A stretch of 64,000 bases of DNA from Marsupella aquatica (taxonomy: Eukaryota > Plantae > Marchantiophyta): NCBI GenBank assembly GCA_973895155.1, contig OZ316892.1, forward strand, positions 24,623,971 through 24,687,970, given 5' to 3'. Under the pieces are notes generated by a model. That model ran no database searches. It saw nothing but the letters and a program-made list of their open reading frames with translations, and was not told the DNA's origin. A program made the position numbers and the translations under genes. This document shows, in pieces, positions 59,160 through 64,000 of this stretch; position 1 is the stretch's first letter; each line of letters starts with the position of its first letter.

Positions 59160-59702
59160 ACATGGAGGGAGCCATTGAACCATGTAAACCCCATGGACAG
59201 TGACACCTTTTATATCTTATTTTTTCTTGTTTACAAAACTTTTTCACTGACAAAGTTTCACAATTCCCCTTTCTATTAAGTGGAATTCATGAGCTACAAG
59301 CAGTTTGGAAAGACCTTTCCTTCTAATCTAACATCTCTAGTTGTCATGAGGAATCCAGTGAGTGGTGAATTTTCAAAGATTCTTCCATCACTCGCTGTTC
59401 ATACTATTTGAATGTTTCTAAATCTTGTTTAGTGACTAACTTATACTTTAGTTATTCAATTGAATCTTATTTTTTGAGTTTGTTAGAAAGGGTTTGGAAA
59501 GATCATTCCAATGAACCTGATATAGCCATATTTTATTGAATTGAGAGACATGGAAAATTTCAAATTCCAACGACAACTGTCTACTTTTTCTCTTGTCACA
59601 TTTTGACGCTCGTCTGTAATGAGTACTACATGAGAAGAAAGAGGGTATCTCAATGGCTGCAAAAACTATACAAGCCTTCTGGAAAAAGTGAAGGCCCATC
59701 CT
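59160..59702 (-). mobile_element. Degenerate coding-like dispersed repeat, related to 16010-16565
   Basis: Same anchors as the 16010-16565 entry. Overlaps the ORF at 59448-59726. Confidence 0.45.
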
Positions 59703-60014
59703 AGCTTCATTTGTTATCCACTTCAACTTAGAAAATACCCCAAAAAATTAGTGGAAAATGGCTAATATATGAATCACAGATAGAAGGATCCAACAAATAA
59801 CAATGGAGTCCGCAAAGAGCTAGAGAGCTGACAAAATGCATGTTTGACTAAGTCCAAATCGAATGTAAAGTACTTTTTGGTTTTATTTAATTATTGCATT
59901 TTATGGAGTAAGACTTGTAAATGGTAATTCCAAGTACACCAATTAAGTCACACGAAAATAATGTAAAAAGAATTGAACTATACTCTTTACAGTATTTCAC
60001 TCGTACATATTTCA

Positions 60015-60365
60015 GCTTTTTCCGATACTTTTTTTCACGCCGGAGTGGCTTTCCGATACTCACAACATCGTTAATTTCCGATTCTATTTTCCACGCATAT
60101 TTGCCATGTTACCCACATCGGTAACAGTACTACCGATACTAAAAGTATCGGATGTGTTGTACCATTCTAATTGCATCGGACATTTTCCGATTCACAAAAA
60201 ATCAGACAGTGTCATGGCCGTGGAGCAGGAGGCATCTGATACCATGATATTCGCATATAGCTTGTGATGTTAGAAAGAACGGAAATGTTTTCGATATAAA
60301 TAGTATCGGTAATGGTTTCCGATCTTTATACGAAGTGGATAGGAACGGAAACAGTATCCGATGGT
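60015..60365. repeat. Subterminal repeat array (TTCCGAT(A)/ATCGG in both orientations), probable 3' end of the CACTA element
   Basis: About ten copies of CCGAT/ATCGG motifs, including the palindrome CCGATACTAAAAGTATCGG, just downstream of the transposase. No intact CACTA TIR was seen. Confidence 0.55.
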
Positions 60366-60811
60366 TTTGGTATGGAAAAGGTTCCCGGTGGGTTTTGTAT
60401 GGCATATGGTGTCCGTTGTTTTGGAAATCGGACCAATTGGGTTTTGTTAGAGTGGGGGCTTAGGAGTGGCATGGGGGGATTTACATTTTTCTTCTAAGGC
60501 AAGTCATTGTATCCCTGATAATTTTCCAAATGTATGGACATGGGACTCAGTATGGGAAGGGTCAACTTCAAAGGAATATAATTGGAATTGAGCTTTCATT
60601 TGATGTTAAGTGGTAGGACTTAATGACCACTTGTCACTAGCTAGAGGGGAGAGTGAAGCAATTTAGGTAAAATAACAACAAAGAATGTTATAATTACAAT
60701 GTACGTAAATAAGGTATATATATATATGCCGATGAAATCAATACATGGAGACAAGTGGTCATTTAGGTCTATATAGCTAGTGCTAGCTGCCTAGCTATTA
60801 CCATGGAATTC

Positions 60812-63800
60812 CTAAGTAACTAGGTCTACATTCTCAGTTTCCAAATCTTCAACAACAACTACATTTGGTTGTTCTTGGACTATAGACCGTGATCGAGGAA
60901 TGTAGGGCATCACAATGGACCACTCCGGGTCATCAGGATAAGGGAGATAGAACGCCTGCTCAAGATGATGAGGGAATGCAAAAGGATCTGAGGAGTTTGA
61001 GCTAATGACAGCCCCTGTCTTCAGTCGTGTGAAGCCACAAGGATCCTCTTCACATGTCCTATTGTGGCCAACAAGATTCATCCGAAACCATTTGCACTTC
61101 AACACCACCTCTTCCAATGTTGTATGCGCATGATACTTTACAACAAGGATCTCTTCTATCTTTCTGTTGTGAGCTATAGTAGAACGGATGGGGTTTGTGT
61201 CAGAGATGCTACTTTGTGAATCTTGGGTGAACCAACCCATCACCCCACAATCTTGTGTAGCTGCCCTCTTGTCATCAAGCCGTTCCACACGAAAGTGTCT
61301 TCCCTTGGACCACATGGCAGTCCTAGTTGTAACTGTAAGTAGTGGTCCATGAACCAAGGTGCGCAACTCATCAGTCACCTTTGGGAAGTGTGATACACTC
61401 TCCCCAATACCCACCAAGGCATCCACCTCCAACAACTTCCCCTTCATGTACATGTGGAATTTGGGAAATAAGCGTGGTCTCCGACTATTGTGCTTATCCT
61501 CCTCGTACAATGTGGTCCACTCCCCAACAATCTCTGGGGAGTTATACAACATGAATGTGGTGAGTTTAGTGCGCTCACTAGGTTCCAAAAGTCGTTCTCC
61601 CTTTGCACCTGTCAAACGGTCATCCTCATAGTCTGCTTCTCTTGATGCCTCATCTATCCATCCGTTTGGAGCATTTGGATCAAGTGTAGCAATAATGTTT
61701 GTACAATAGAACATGCTCTCTGCTCCAAGATGACGCTCGGCAATGCTACCTTCCAACCTTGCGCGATTTGAAACATAGGACTTCATCAATCCCATGTACC
61801 GCTCTACCCAATACATCCAATGACAATGTACAGGGCCTGCAATACCAACCTCACACACTAGATGTAGTTGAAAATGAACCTGACCGTCAAAAAATGAAGG
61901 AGGAAGGGCCCTCTCAAGTTTGCACACAACCTCCACTCCAAACACCTCCATTGCTGCAACCTCATCCTCATTGACCTCCTTTTGACACACCCATCTCAAC
62001 AACTTACCCAATGACCAAAGGGCATCACGAAGATCCTCACTACCCAATCCAATAATAGCAACTGGAATAACATGCTGCAATAGACGATGGTAATCATGGG
62101 TCTTCAAGAAAGCTGGCCATTTTGGAGAGTCAGATCCACCAAATGCCTTGCGGAGATTAGCACCATACCCTGTAGGAAATCGCATAGATCCAATGCGTTT
62201 GCAAAACTCAATTCGCTCACCTCTTGTCAACATCCAAGGAGGATGAATAGTAAGGGAGGCATTATCGGGATCCATAGATGGCCAAAAACCATGAGGGCCC
62301 TGCATCCCCATCTCTTCACAACTCTCTCTCCAGTTGTTGTCTTTCTCTCCATATAGATGGCGAATCAAGGACCTCCCAACATTTCCCTCGATGTGCATAG
62401 GATCAAATAAATGGTTAAGTGGCATCTCAGCTCAATAAGGCAACTGTGACAATGCAGATAAACAAGTCATGCCACACCGGGCAAACTGCAATGGGTCATC
62501 TGGGTCACATACTCTCCCCCATACCTCTTTCCAATATGCTGGATCCTTTGGAATAGGTGGAGGTCGTCTGTCTGGTTGGCCATCCTCAGTGTCATATAAA
62601 AAGGGGTCACTCCTCCAATCATGGTCGGGAGGGAGGTACTTGGTGTGACCAATGTACACTATCTTCCGTAAGGTCTTGGACTTTGGCCGCGCTATTCCTT
62701 CCAAATCAGGTCCACAAGTTGGGCAAGCTCGATATCCCGATGTGGTAAGGCCAGAAATATATCCAAACCCTGCATATATATGCATGGTTTTAAAATATAG
62801 CCCATAAGTAAATAGTTAACTTAATTAAAAGACGTGCTCTTAACTCATTACATAACAAAGCATGCTTGGGTAATTTAACAAAGATACATACCTGGAAGAT
62901 CATGTATGGTCCACATAAGAATGGCCTTCAACTTAAATTTTTGATGTAAACCCCCTGTTTGCACTCTTCCATCATAGCAATCCACACCCCTCCAAAGCTT
63001 TTGCAGCTCCTCAATCAATGGTTGCAAGTACACATCAATTTTTTTCACTTGCTTAGGGCCAGGGATAATCATAGAAAGTAGCAAATGACCCTTCTTCATG
63101 GACATCCATGGAGGGATGTTGTAATTAGTAAGGACCACTGGCCATAGTGAATATGGCTGGGCCTTACCTGCTAGTGCAAATGGGCTGATGCCATCTGCTG
63201 CCAAACCTAGACGAACATGACGTGGGTCTGTTCGGAACTTGCCCCACCTCTCTTCCACAAACCTGTTTGCGAGGGAGTCAACCATCATGCGCATGGTGGG
63301 TGGGTGTGAACTCATACCTGAGCGATGCTGGGAATGCCAAACCATATACTCAGCCAACTCAGCACATCTATACTGGTGGCGCAAGTGAGGTATAAGAGGG
63401 AAGTACCTCATGACCTTTTGAGGTACTTTTCCTGTCAACATGTCATCACGATACCTTGGCTTCTCACATACAGGACATGATGTTGCATCTTTATAATTGC
63501 CTCTAAAGAGAACACAATCATTCACACAAGCATGTATGACTTCATACTTGAGGCCTATGGATTTCAACACCTTTTTAGCCTCTTTCCAAGAGCTTGGCAA
63601 GTTGTTTCCTTCTGGCAACACCAGATCATGCAATGAACGAAACAGATCATCGAGAAGTAGGTTGCTTGCTCCATGTCTTTGCTGCAAGTTCAACAACAAC
63701 ATTATTGCTGAAAGACGAGACAAACGTGACCCATCATATATCCGAGTTTGAGCATGTTGTCGAGCTTCCTCCCATTGTTTGGAGGATGAACTCCGCTGAC

Positions 63801-64000
63801 CTTGTTGACGTGGAGGAGGGACCTCTGCAGTGTTCTCCCAATCAGCCTCCTCATGAACATCGTCATAGAATTGGTGCATCAACTCATCCATGGCCCTATC
63901 TTCATCAACTCTTGCTTGGGAGGCATCTGGTACTTGGTGTGGGACATTTGGATCGCCATCTGGTGGGAGGGAGGCCTGTTGCCAATCCTCCATGGCCTCA
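60812..64000 (-). mobile_element. CACTA (En/Spm) transposon Tnp2-type transposase (Transposase_21, DUF4218, DUF4216), one intron, one premature stop; may extend past the window edge
   Basis: Motifs IHACVNDCVLFRG, CPVCEKPRY, MRYFPL, PRHVRLGLAADG, SLWPV...YNIPPW, IDVYLQPLIEELQKLW, HDLPG|FG...GYRACPTC, LPY*AE..HLFDPMHIEGNV, LKTHDYH, LPPSFFD, WMYWVERYM and LEGSIAE. GT-AG intron at 62891-62770. In-frame TGA at 62434-62432. Confidence 0.93.

Overview
This is eukaryotic, intron-rich plant genomic DNA. Gene content and style suggest a non-seed land plant such as a liverwort (inference). Five + strand protein-coding loci are supported: (1) the 3' part of a CoA-dependent acyltransferase/condensation-fold gene (12-1658); (2) an RluA/TruC-family pseudouridine synthase (core exons 5980-8450); (3) a DOXC-class 2-oxoglutarate/Fe(II) dioxygenase (11242-13391) with a 1-nt frameshift in its last exon and a decayed duplicate of exon 1 upstream; (4) a 21-exon FAN/NSMAF-like PH-BEACH-WD40 gene (19208-28215); (5) a two-exon C2H2 zinc-finger/PARP-fold gene (47163-49212). 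The rest is mostly transposon debris: Gypsy integrase and CRE-like LINE remnants, two related solo LTRs with perfect TSDs, a foldback-like element, an OPR/Old Yellow Enzyme exon remnant, many short local duplications, and a nearly intact CACTA transposase at the right edge. The most unusual feature lies in intron 2 of the dioxygenase. It is a tandem miniature LTR retroelement (TRIM; 134-bp LTR, tRNA-iMet PBS, PPT, ~55-bp internal domain) whose LTR contains a full-length tRNA-like sequence with Pol III A and B boxes. It looks like a tRNA-based counterpart of the 5S-bearing Cassandra TRIMs. All calls were made by eye; no database searches were run.
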